Shown here: piece after piece, positions 39,788-48,314 of the stretch
Position numbering within the stretch: the stretch's first letter is position 1
Layout of the letters: every line of letters starts with the position of its first letter
From: Candidatus Poribacteria bacterium
GTDB taxonomy: Bacteria > Poribacteria > WGA-4E > PCPOR2b
Assembly: GCA_965208675.1 (NCBI GenBank)
Contig: OZ242351.1
Coordinates: 1,824,001-1,888,000 of the forward strand
Length of the DNA: 64,000 nt
Direction: 5' to 3'
Translations under genes and position numbers: made by a program
Notes under the pieces: generated by a model
What the model saw: the letters and a program-made list of their open reading frames with translations, nothing else
Databases searched by the model: none
What the model was told of the DNA's origin: nothing

Positions 39788-39898
39788 TCAATCTCGCTCC
39801 AATAATTTAGATTTTTACCACTGCGTGGTTTCAAACGCCCATGCAATTTGCATATTGACTTTCTTGAGGTTCGATTTCCTGTTATGCTAAATTTCCTT

Positions 39899-40705
39899 TC
39901 AGGGACTGTTATCGGTATTGACCGGACCTTCATCATTGTTGACAAACCGATCCATCGTGTTTTGCGTAAATGGGGAGGTTCGGAAGTCGGCGATCCACGG
40001 TTCACGAAAGTAAGCCTGTTTCTCCCTTGGCAGCCCCACTAACACTTCGCGCGGGACGGTGAGGCGGTGCCAATTTGTTGCAAGGTGGGAATAAGCGTTG
40101 AACACAGCGATACGCGGCGTATCCCGCTGCCAAGGGGGACCAGCGTGACATAGGCTTTCGGTGAAAATAACCGCGCTGCCGGCTGGACACTCGAAACTCC
40201 TCAAAAACTCGCTGCGCTGCCCCGGCTCCAACGACATATGATCCGGATGCATCGGGAAATTTGCCTTATGGCTGCCAATGATGAAATGCGTGGCTCCATC
40301 TTCTTTGCCGATATCCGTCAGTTCGAAAACCACCCGCACCATCCCGGCGTGAATACGCCCATCCTTGACACGATACCCAAAAATAGGATCGGCTTGTATC
40401 GGTCCTCCGCCGTGAAGCGGTCCGGGCGACTCGCCTTTATTGCGCCAGATACAGAAGCTGCTTTCAATCCGAACATCAGGTCCGATGACCTCGTGAATCA
40501 CGTCAATGACTTTCGGATGGTCAATCAGCAGGCTGGAGGGGCCTCCCGGTACGGCTCGATGTGCGGGAGGCAGCGATTCAGGGTCATGTTTGATACGGTC
40601 AATCTGGTCAACGATTGCGTCAATTTCATGCGGAGCCAGAATTGCCGGGCGTATTAAAAAACCGGCTAGGTCAAACCGAAAACGTTCTTCATCGGTCATC
40701 GCCAT
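39899..40705 (-). CDS. PhyH family Fe/2OG enzyme with LHGGG motif
   Basis: FDLAGFL, LHGGG, IGSHKANF, FTESLCHAG, R; GAGGA RBS before ATG 40705. Confidence 0.8.
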   Translation of the reverse strand: MAMTDEERFRFDLAGFLIRPAILAPHEIDAIVDQIDRIKHDPESLPPAHRAVPGGPSSLLIDHPKVIDVIHEVIGPDVRIESSFCIWRNKGESPGPLHGGGPIQADPIFGYRVKDGRIHAGMVRVVFELTDIGKEDGATHFIIGSHKANFPMHPDHMSLEPGQRSEFLRSFECPAGSAVIFTESLCHAGPPWQRDTPRIAVFNAYSHLATNWHRLTVPREVLVGLPREKQAYFREPWIADFRTSPFTQNTMDRFVNNDEGPVNTDNSP

Positions 40706-40852
40706 CGTTCTATCCTCTATTTTTTTAGGCTGTGAGATATGGTATCCGGACCAATTCGCATCGTGAATCTTTTTCTGCACTGCCCTCGTATTGCAGGACA
40801 TGAGTACGGCAACGCGATGCATGGGGCTCCCGCCTATTTTTCAAACAGGCTC

Positions 40853-41782
40853 TTATGCGCCGCTGTGCTTGTCCAGAATTTCAGCGATGCGTTCACAACC
40901 GAAGTGTTGTGCCCATTGCATCGGCGTTGCCTTAAATTTGGGATCGCGGATGGTTACATCAGCGCCGTGCTCTAGAAGAAAGTTTACGGTACCTAACCGC
41001 CGAGACTCTACATCTATCGGATCCGCGGTTGCGCCGAAATTGCCATTGGTTGCCAGCCGATGCAGGATAGTCCACTTACCTTCTCCTAAGTCTGGTACCA
41101 TAGCGTTCACGTCCACGCCCTGTTGAATGAGGTGTTCCGCAACCTCCAGCCGATTATTTAAACATGCGTACAAGAGCGCTTGACTCAGGATATTTTCGGG
41201 TGTACGCTCACACCTATAGACAGTGCCATTGCTCCGTTTCCACTCATGTCCGTATGGATCGGCAAGCACGCCTGCTCCCGGTTTCAGGCTGCCATCCGCT
41301 TTGAAGTAACTCTTGACCCTGTCCAAATCGCCGATACCGGCGGCAAATCGTAAGTCAATATTTGCACGCCATTCCACGAGTAACTCCGAAACCGTTGTGG
41401 ATCCGAAGAATAGCGTATATGCCATCGGTATACCGTCGTTGTCCGTGCCGTTGACTGACGCACCACTCTCAAGCAGCGCGCGCACAACGTGCGGCGCATT
41501 GTAGCTGACGGCGGCGGCGAGCGGATAACCATCAAAGAAGTCAACATCGGCACCGGCATTCAACAGTGCTTTGGTCATCGCATAATCGTTTGTTCCCGCT
41601 GGGATTTTCCCCTCAAAAACTGCCGCCGCGACGTGTACAAGTAATATCGGCTCATTTAACCAGTTCGGATCTGCAATCGGTGTATTCTGGCTGAGCACCG
41701 CTTTTACACGTTCGATATCATTGTCTTCAATTGCTTTGATTATCTCACGCACCAAAGGATTAAGATGTTGGTCGTTTTCCAC
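40853..41782 (-). CDS. Ankyrin repeat protein
   Basis: Repeated LLxxGADV units, TILHRLA, TPMQWA. Confidence 0.85.
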   Translation of the reverse strand: MENDQHLNPLVREIIKAIEDNDIERVKAVLSQNTPIADPNWLNEPILLVHVAAAVFEGKIPAGTNDYAMTKALLNAGADVDFFDGYPLAAAVSYNAPHVVRALLESGASVNGTDNDGIPMAYTLFFGSTTVSELLVEWRANIDLRFAAGIGDLDRVKSYFKADGSLKPGAGVLADPYGHEWKRSNGTVYRCERTPENILSQALLYACLNNRLEVAEHLIQQGVDVNAMVPDLGEGKWTILHRLATNGNFGATADPIDVESRRLGTVNFLLEHGADVTIRDPKFKATPMQWAQHFGCERIAEILDKHSGA

Positions 41783-41973
41783 GATCCGCTCTCCGAGCAG
41801 CGTATGCAGGCTTCGCGTTGAATCCTTACGGCTTTTCGTGCTGTACCGTTACTAGATTCAGTAATTCACCAATCCCTAATTGTGAGCATCGGTTGATACA
41901 AAACAGCAAGATTCCCAGTCGCTCGGCAGTCCGTTCAAAAACTAAAACCTTGTGCAACCTGGCGAACGTCACT

Positions 41974-42780
41974 CTACCGCGCGGTATCCCATGCCTCATA
42001 CCATTCCGTAACGGCATCAAGATTGGCGGCATCGCGATACAATAGTCGCGACCGTACAGAGATTTGTTCCCCGGAACTCACATTTTCGCCAATTAGCGAG
42101 AATGCTTGCCCGTTCGGGAATATGTCGACCGAAATTGCGGGGCATCTCATCAGCTCGATCATTTGAATCAGAGCGAATTTGGTTCTTTCACTCCTATTAA
42201 CTATCACCGGCAGCGTATACTTCCGTCCGTCATCGTTGGCACAGCGGCCGTAATCTTGAAGCCAATCCCACCGCCCATCCTGCATAAGCACGGATGCCTC
42301 ATCATCGCGCGTAAAAAAGAGTTGTTCATTCGGTTGAAAATGTGGTCGAATCCACTCCTGGCCGACATTAAGCAAGGAAGCGTACTGCTCATCGAAGTAG
42401 GAAGAGACGACTGCTTCAAAACCCCCGCAGCCGCGAGAAAACTTAAAATCGAAAGTCACATCAATACAGTCATCGGCTTGGAAATCGTAGGTCAACACCG
42501 TACGGATGTTCCACGCGTCCATCTCGTCGAAGTCTACAGACAGCGCACCTTCATCAACTTCATAGTACGATTCAACGCTGGGGATAAAATGTCTCAACCT
42601 CCCGCTACTTGAAAGGTAGAGTTCAAGGTTGATAGCGCACATTCCGGGGCGAGTGATTGGCGTGCCGTTTTCCTCAAGGATAAGTCCATTACAGCCGCCG
42701 TGCGGATGTATGATTCCGTTCAGCGTCCTCAATTGAAATCCGTAGCCGCCATTTTCGTTTAATTTCAAAACCGGCATCAA
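41974..42780 (-). CDS. Hypothetical protein (beta-rich)
   Basis: 268-aa ORF co-oriented with its neighbours, GGGAG RBS; no motif recognised. Confidence 0.6.
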   Translation of the reverse strand: MMPVLKLNENGGYGFQLRTLNGIIHPHGGCNGLILEENGTPITRPGMCAINLELYLSSSGRLRHFIPSVESYYEVDEGALSVDFDEMDAWNIRTVLTYDFQADDCIDVTFDFKFSRGCGGFEAVVSSYFDEQYASLLNVGQEWIRPHFQPNEQLFFTRDDEASVLMQDGRWDWLQDYGRCANDDGRKYTLPVIVNRSERTKFALIQMIELMRCPAISVDIFPNGQAFSLIGENVSSGEQISVRSRLLYRDAANLDAVTEWYEAWDTAR

Positions 42781-42852
42781 TCAACTCCCTGATATTTAGA
42801 AACACAAATGCGTTACAAGCATTGAATCATCGATGGCTTTTCATTTCAGATT

Positions 42853-43341
42853 TCACAACTCACGAATTTCTGCTTCCAGTGTATCAAGTTCCACAATTGC
42901 TGCGGTACACCTGCCGGTTGTCCAACCGCCGGTCTCACCGGGGTTGAGAAGGAGTGAACTTTCTCTCCGAACATCAATCTCATGGGTGTGTCCATAGATG
43001 ACGATGTCGTAACTACCGCATTGCGCGATGGGTTCGGCAAGTTCGGGGTAGTGGGTCGCTGCTATCGTGCGCCCGCCGATTTCAACGATGGCGAGATTAG
43101 GATGAACCTCCCCGATAGCTTTAAATTGCTTGGCAATGCCAATACGCTCCCCGTCGTTATTGCCGAAGACGCCGACGACACGGCATTTCAGATTATGCAT
43201 CGCTGCTACGGCAAAAGGGGCAACAGAATCTCCGGCGTGAATTACTAACGAAACCCCTTCATCGTTGAATAACTCCACAGCCTTATCAATCATGGGTATA
43301 TTGTCGTGGCTATCGGAAAGTACGCCGATTTTCATCGTCAT
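42853..43341 (-). CDS. Metallophosphoesterase (YfcE/MJ0936 family)
   Basis: SDSHDN, HAGD, GNND, GHTH, NPG. Confidence 0.92.
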   Translation of the reverse strand: MTMKIGVLSDSHDNIPMIDKAVELFNDEGVSLVIHAGDSVAPFAVAAMHNLKCRVVGVFGNNDGERIGIAKQFKAIGEVHPNLAIVEIGGRTIAATHYPELAEPIAQCGSYDIVIYGHTHEIDVRRESSLLLNPGETGGWTTGRCTAAIVELDTLEAEIREL

Positions 43342-43428
43342 CTCCAGAATTTCGCGCGGATTATGGCTCAGACATCAATTAATCGGGTTTCCGCGTTTTA
43401 TTGCAAATCGGTTGTGCGGTCATTGCCG

Positions 43429-44217
43429 TTATGTCCAAGCCCCTTTCGCCATCAGACCGCCGTCCACACATACGTACTCCCCCGTCATGAAAGAAGCCTT
43501 GCCGCTGGCGAGGAACAGCACAGCATGGGCGATATCCTCGGGTTGTCCAATGCGCCCTATAGGGTGCGCCGTTGCAATCTCCTCTCTCAATACCTCCTCG
43601 TCGCCCTCAATGATTTCCAGCGATTCCGCAACCAACGGCGTGTCAATTGTACCGGGGTTAACTGCTAGTACCCGAATGTTGTCTTCGGCATACTCCAGGG
43701 CTAACTGGCGGGTCAGAGACAGGATACCGCCCTTGCTAGCTGCGTAAGCCGGCACTCCCTTCATGGATTGTAGCCCCTGGACGCTGGCGGTGTTGACGAT
43801 TACTCCGCCGCAGCGTTTTTTCATTTCCGGCACACATGCCTTCGTCATCAAGAAAAAACTTTTGAGGTTCACATTGATGATACGGTCCCACAACGCCTCG
43901 GGTAGTTCATGGGCTGGTAAATAGCTGCTTGCCGGCTGGATACCAACGTTGTTGCAAAGAATGTCTACGCCGCCCCATGCCGACACCGTTGCTTCGACCA
44001 GCGCCTCACATTCGCAGCTTTGCGATACGTCAGTTTGCCGGAAGCGGATGGTGCCTGCAAGCGCCTGGCATGCGGCGGAGAGTTCGGCACCCGCACTTTC
44101 GTCGACGTCAGCACACATCACTTGGGCGCCTTCCTCGGCAAAAGCCAGGCAAATACCTCGTCCGATGCCCTTGGCGCCGCCTGTGACAATTACCGCCTTA
44201 TCCTTAAAATCTGACAT
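43429..44217 (-). CDS. Short-chain dehydrogenase/reductase
   Basis: TGGAKGIG, NNVG, YAASK, PGTIDT, VDGG. Confidence 0.93.
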   Translation of the reverse strand: MSDFKDKAVIVTGGAKGIGRGICLAFAEEGAQVMCADVDESAGAELSAACQALAGTIRFRQTDVSQSCECEALVEATVSAWGGVDILCNNVGIQPASSYLPAHELPEALWDRIINVNLKSFFLMTKACVPEMKKRCGGVIVNTASVQGLQSMKGVPAYAASKGGILSLTRQLALEYAEDNIRVLAVNPGTIDTPLVAESLEIIEGDEEVLREEIATAHPIGRIGQPEDIAHAVLFLASGKASFMTGEYVCVDGGLMAKGAWT

Positions 44218-44299
44218 TATCTAAATTCCATCTGCAGGTAAAAAGGCAATGCTCATGCAAATTTTTGGAATCAGCCCGTAGCCACCACCCAAAAGAGAA

Positions 44300-45472
44300 T
44301 TATGGTGAAAACTCAGCAACGACAACTGTAACATCATCGTCAAACGCTTGTTCCCCGCGATAGTCCTTAAGCTCTTCATATACGCGGGTAATCATTTCGC
44401 TAGGCGCCAGGGCGGCGTATTTGTATAGAAAACACTCCAATGCATCGCCGCCAAATATCTGTTCGTGCTGGTTTTGGGTTTCGATGACGCCATCAGAATA
44501 CAGAAACAGACGGTCACCGTGCTCCCATTTCACCGTCATCTCCTCTGGGCGTTGATGGAGAAGGGTTCCCAAGGGAAGCGAGTCAATTTCCAGTGTTGTC
44601 CACCTGCGCTCGCCGCACCGGTACAAATAAGGGTACGGGTGACCGGCGTTGGTCAAAGTAAATGTACCGTCCGCGGGGTTAAGTATCATGTAGGAAAACG
44701 TCATCAGTAGACGGGTGTGGCGGTAGTTTCGAACAACTTTGTTTAAAGCAACGTGAACCGAATCAGGCGACGCGTCCCGCTCCGCCTGAAAGTGCAAGGC
44801 GCTGCTGACGATTGCAACTAACAGGCTGGAATGAAACCCGTGCCCGGCAACATCACCAATTGCGACGCTGACGCGTCCATCGGGCAATGGGAAATAGTCA
44901 TAATAATCGCCGCCAACAATCGCAGCCGGTTGGCTTCTTCCGGTGAGGTGAACCCAATCCAGCGTCAGGTTGCCGCTGGGCAGCATCGCAGCCTGAATTT
45001 CATGTGCACGTTGGAGGTTATATTGGAGTTGTTCTTGTGCGTGGAGGATGGCGGCGCGCTGTTGCGTATCGTTCCGAATCTTCTGAACTAGCAGCCGGAG
45101 TAACGCACTCACAATCTGCGGTGAGGTCGTCAAGGCACGATGGAAATCCTCTCGGTAGAGCTTTAGAAGTACGGCATCGGTTATCGCCTCAACCGTGGCG
45201 CTGCGTGGAGAATCGTCTAACAACGCTAATTCGCCCACATAATCGCCTGGATCTCTCGTCCCGATTAGTACGCTGCCCGAATGAATCTCAAGCTTACCTT
45301 CTAAAATTAAGTAAAGGCCGTCTCCAGGGTCTCCCGCGTTAAAAAGAGCCGTTCCCGCGGACAACCGAACCTCCTCCATCTTGTCCCAGATGGAGGAGAG
45401 TATTTCGCTCGGCGCATGGGCGAACAACTCCATCGCCTTTAAGGTGTCCAGAGATTCCTTCGATTGCAACAC
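44300..45472 (-). CDS. cNMP-binding domain + SpoIIE/PP2C phosphatase fusion
   Basis: GELALLDDSPRSATV; GGDYYD, DVAGHG, LYSDGVIE, DDVT. Confidence 0.88.
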   Translation of the reverse strand: MLQSKESLDTLKAMELFAHAPSEILSSIWDKMEEVRLSAGTALFNAGDPGDGLYLILEGKLEIHSGSVLIGTRDPGDYVGELALLDDSPRSATVEAITDAVLLKLYREDFHRALTTSPQIVSALLRLLVQKIRNDTQQRAAILHAQEQLQYNLQRAHEIQAAMLPSGNLTLDWVHLTGRSQPAAIVGGDYYDYFPLPDGRVSVAIGDVAGHGFHSSLLVAIVSSALHFQAERDASPDSVHVALNKVVRNYRHTRLLMTFSYMILNPADGTFTLTNAGHPYPYLYRCGERRWTTLEIDSLPLGTLLHQRPEEMTVKWEHGDRLFLYSDGVIETQNQHEQIFGGDALECFLYKYAALAPSEMITRVYEELKDYRGEQAFDDDVTVVVAEFSP

Positions 45473-45502
45473 GGTGTTCCCCCCGCTGTCCTTGTGAATA
45501 AA

Positions 45503-45531
45503 ATTTTATCAACTAGCCGAACACGTGTCAA
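45503..45531 (-). promoter_or_regulatory. sigma70-type promoter for the cNMP-PP2C gene
   Basis: TTGACA-17 nt-TAAAAT with extended TG. Confidence 0.6.
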
Positions 45532-45727
45532 TAAGAAACACCCCGATTGCCAGCACGCAAACTTTCGCGATTCATATTGGAAGTAGAGATTTTTTCATAG
45601 TGAGTTGTATGCGGGATAACACCGAAAATGATGGGAAATCGAGCCTTGGAGAGAACCTCAAATTTGCGGGTGGCGGGCAAACGTTGTTGACAAGCGAACT
45701 CTATGCGTATTGTCCGATAAGGGCAAC

Positions 45728-46099
45728 TCAACGTCCGTGAATCCGCTGGCGGTAGAGCAAATCCATCAACTTCTTGACATCGTCGTTATCTGGCTCTAAA
45801 CGCATCACCTCTTCGCCTTCAGCGATTGCTGCATCAAGGTTGCCTACATTGTAATATGCCCATCCGAGGGCGGCGTGGATAACGGCAGAATACGGATTTA
45901 AGCGGAGCGCATGTCTGTACTGTTCGATTGCCTTGTGAAATTGTTTCTCCTTAAGATGAATGTTGCCCTGTTCAAAGAATCGGTTGCCGTATCCCGTTGT
46001 CATCGGTTCGTTCGCTTGTTGTGATTGGTATGCATTACTGCATCCAGCCAGCATAAAAGCGCAAACCAAAACCGCAGTAGTATACCGCATTTCTTTCAT
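45728..46099 (-). CDS. TPR-repeat lipoprotein
   Basis: Lipobox LAGC; TPR pattern AIEQYRHALRLNP..ALGWAYY; GGGGAG RBS. Confidence 0.78.
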   Translation of the reverse strand: MKEMRYTTAVLVCAFMLAGCSNAYQSQQANEPMTTGYGNRFFEQGNIHLKEKQFHKAIEQYRHALRLNPYSAVIHAALGWAYYNVGNLDAAIAEGEEVMRLEPDNDDVKKLMDLLYRQRIHGR

Positions 46100-46520
46100 A
46101 TGGCTCCCCGCGCCAATACACAGAATTTTCACAAACCTTACCGCAGAGAACCTAGCAATCACAAGGAATTTACGTTCGCTCGTTTAATGCTGACTGGAAG
46201 TCTACAGTAGTCCCAAACCTACCACACCCGGTGTAATGCGTCCCTACAGCTGTCAATGCTAGCACCCGTGCGTCAACATGACTAGGCGCGTGAAACACCC
46301 AAGCAAAAGTATACACTAGGAACTCAGCGTTTAATGGACGCACTAACAGTAAAGCGTTGAAAGAGAAATGAAAGCGCTTTCAAGCTAATCTCAGTGTAGG
46401 GAGCGCTTTACACGTAACGATTGCGATCTAAAACGAAACATTGCGAAAAGATTAGGTTCTGTTGACATTTTGAGGCTACTGATTCGGCAAACGTTGTCAC
46501 CATTGGATAATCTGATATAA

Positions 46521-46575
46521 GTAGCGCAAACTGTTAGTTTGCGGGCTCAAATCACAATCTAACAGATTGTGTTAC
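46521..46575. repeat. Inverted REP doublet (REPIN-like)
   Basis: GTAG-CGCAAACT-GTT-AGTTTGCG ... CACAATCT-AAC-AGATTGTG-TTAC. Confidence 0.65.
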
Positions 46576-46654
46576 AAAAGATTCCTTTGTACTTGATAGG
46601 GACTGCCGTTTAACCGTTCAATTCAACCTACGGGATGCCAAATGTCAACACGCC

Positions 46655-47272
46655 CTAGTATACGTCCGACCCCTGAAGCGGGAGCGGTACGGCCCAAACA
46701 TCACGATATCGCACCTCATCACCGTGGTACTGCAGCAATAGCGGGCCGGGTTCTAAAATATCTTCGTCGACTGCCCCTGCCGAGGTGCTCGGGATATGGA
46801 CGTTGTTCTGAATTACCAAACCGTTTTGCAACACAGTTACTCGGGCAGCCTCTATCTGATTGCTCGAGCCATCGACGCGCGGCGCTCGGAAGAATACATC
46901 GTACGTTTGCCACTGAAGCGGCGGTTTGCATGCATTCACTAATGAAGCGTGTTCGTTATAAACTGCACCGCAGTCGCCCATGCCGGGTACTTCAATGCCG
47001 TAAGAATCCAACACCTGAATTTCGTATCGGCCTTGCAGGAATACCCCGCTGTTTCCCTTCGCTTGGCCAGTCGCGTCCGGCATATCGGGAGTCATAAACT
47101 GCAGGTGCAGCATGAAGTCCGTAAACTTTTCCTCGGTTAGAATATCGGCGTCACAGGTGGTCATCGCACCGTCTGCGATCGCCCAGGTCGCTGGCGAACC
47201 ATCGCGTTGCGTCCAATTGTCAACGTCTTGGCCGTTAAAAAGAACAACTGCTGAATCTGGCGCTTGTAGCAT
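46655..47272 (-). CDS. DUF1080 (3-keto-disaccharide hydrolase-like) protein
   Basis: LFNG, GNSGVF..YEIQVLDS, WQTYDV, LQYHG..VRYRDVW. Confidence 0.88.
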   Translation of the reverse strand: MLQAPDSAVVLFNGQDVDNWTQRDGSPATWAIADGAMTTCDADILTEEKFTDFMLHLQFMTPDMPDATGQAKGNSGVFLQGRYEIQVLDSYGIEVPGMGDCGAVYNEHASLVNACKPPLQWQTYDVFFRAPRVDGSSNQIEAARVTVLQNGLVIQNNVHIPSTSAGAVDEDILEPGPLLLQYHGDEVRYRDVWAVPLPLQGSDVY

Positions 47273-47414
47273 TGTCGCGTTCCTTTCTTGATTAGAGGTT
47301 TATCAGTTTTGAACCATGTATTCCCAACGCTGACCCGCAAATGAGGTGGGCTTCAAGAATGTCTCCTGAATAATCGACGCCCCAATCCAATACTCATTTA
47401 TCGCTGCATTGAAA

Positions 47415-48128
47415 TCATGGGGTATCCACGGATTTCGTTTGTTGCAACACTTGGTGATTAAGAATCCGCTGCCGGTCTACAGATCGCAGGAAGGGTTCTG
47501 CTTTGTGCACGAAATCCTCCAGGGTTTGTTCTATTGTTAAGTTCGTTGTATCTATCGTTATTTTCGCATCAAATAGCGAATTCTTGTAATGTTCTTCAAA
47601 TCGATCCAGCACAATCTCTACATCACTCTCTTTTATCGGGCAATTCGGCTGTGGATTCTGGCGCATACGCTCACGGACGACTTCCGGAGACGCCTTCACG
47701 AGCGTCAAGAGCATTTCCGGTACCAGCGCTTTTACCTCATGTTCAACAAACTGCGCAAGCCACTGGTGACCCGGTTCCCACGATGATTTAAAGTCGCCGT
47801 AATATAGCGGGCCATACACAGCATCGGCGTAATACCAGTTAACCAGAAAGAAATCGTCGCCTCGAAGAAGGTGCGGCTGTAGATGGTAAAGGATTTGGAA
47901 ACGCTGAAATTTCTCAACCAGCGAGGGAACCGTTTTGAGTAGTTCGATGATAGCCTCATTCTCCGCTTGGCTATCGGGTCCTTGGCCGACGTTTGGCAAC
48001 ACGAAGTGGTCGTGCCAATACGGATATGCGATAGGTCCCATCATTTCCTCGTGCCATCTTGTGATGCCCTGGGCAAGCGTCGTCTTGCCTGTATATTCAC
48101 ACCCGATGATGAGAATTTGCATTTGCAA
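47415..48128 (-). CDS. P-loop nucleoside/nucleotide kinase-like protein
   Basis: IIGCEYTGKTT, LVKASPEVVRERM, IDTT. Confidence 0.65.
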   Translation of the reverse strand: MQMQILIIGCEYTGKTTLAQGITRWHEEMMGPIAYPYWHDHFVLPNVGQGPDSQAENEAIIELLKTVPSLVEKFQRFQILYHLQPHLLRGDDFFLVNWYYADAVYGPLYYGDFKSSWEPGHQWLAQFVEHEVKALVPEMLLTLVKASPEVVRERMRQNPQPNCPIKESDVEIVLDRFEEHYKNSLFDAKITIDTTNLTIEQTLEDFVHKAEPFLRSVDRQRILNHQVLQQTKSVDTP

Positions 48129-48314
48129 TCTCCTTATCCTGATTTAGGGTTACTATACCTCGCCACAAGATTATTTGTCTCTTCAGGGTTTAGTGAGAAA
48201 ATGGAATTAAATTAGAACTTGACACGGTTGGAGCGTTCTCCGTTTCGCGGCATTTTCGATCAAAACCCTCTCCAATTCAAGACCTAAACTCAATTCTGAC
48301 TTCGTCAAATCATA

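Noticed and set aside
46200-46640. CRISPR array or structured RNA gene
   Set aside because: Repeats are inverted and heterogeneous with no regular repeat-spacer period; better explained as REP-like elements. No cas genes in the window
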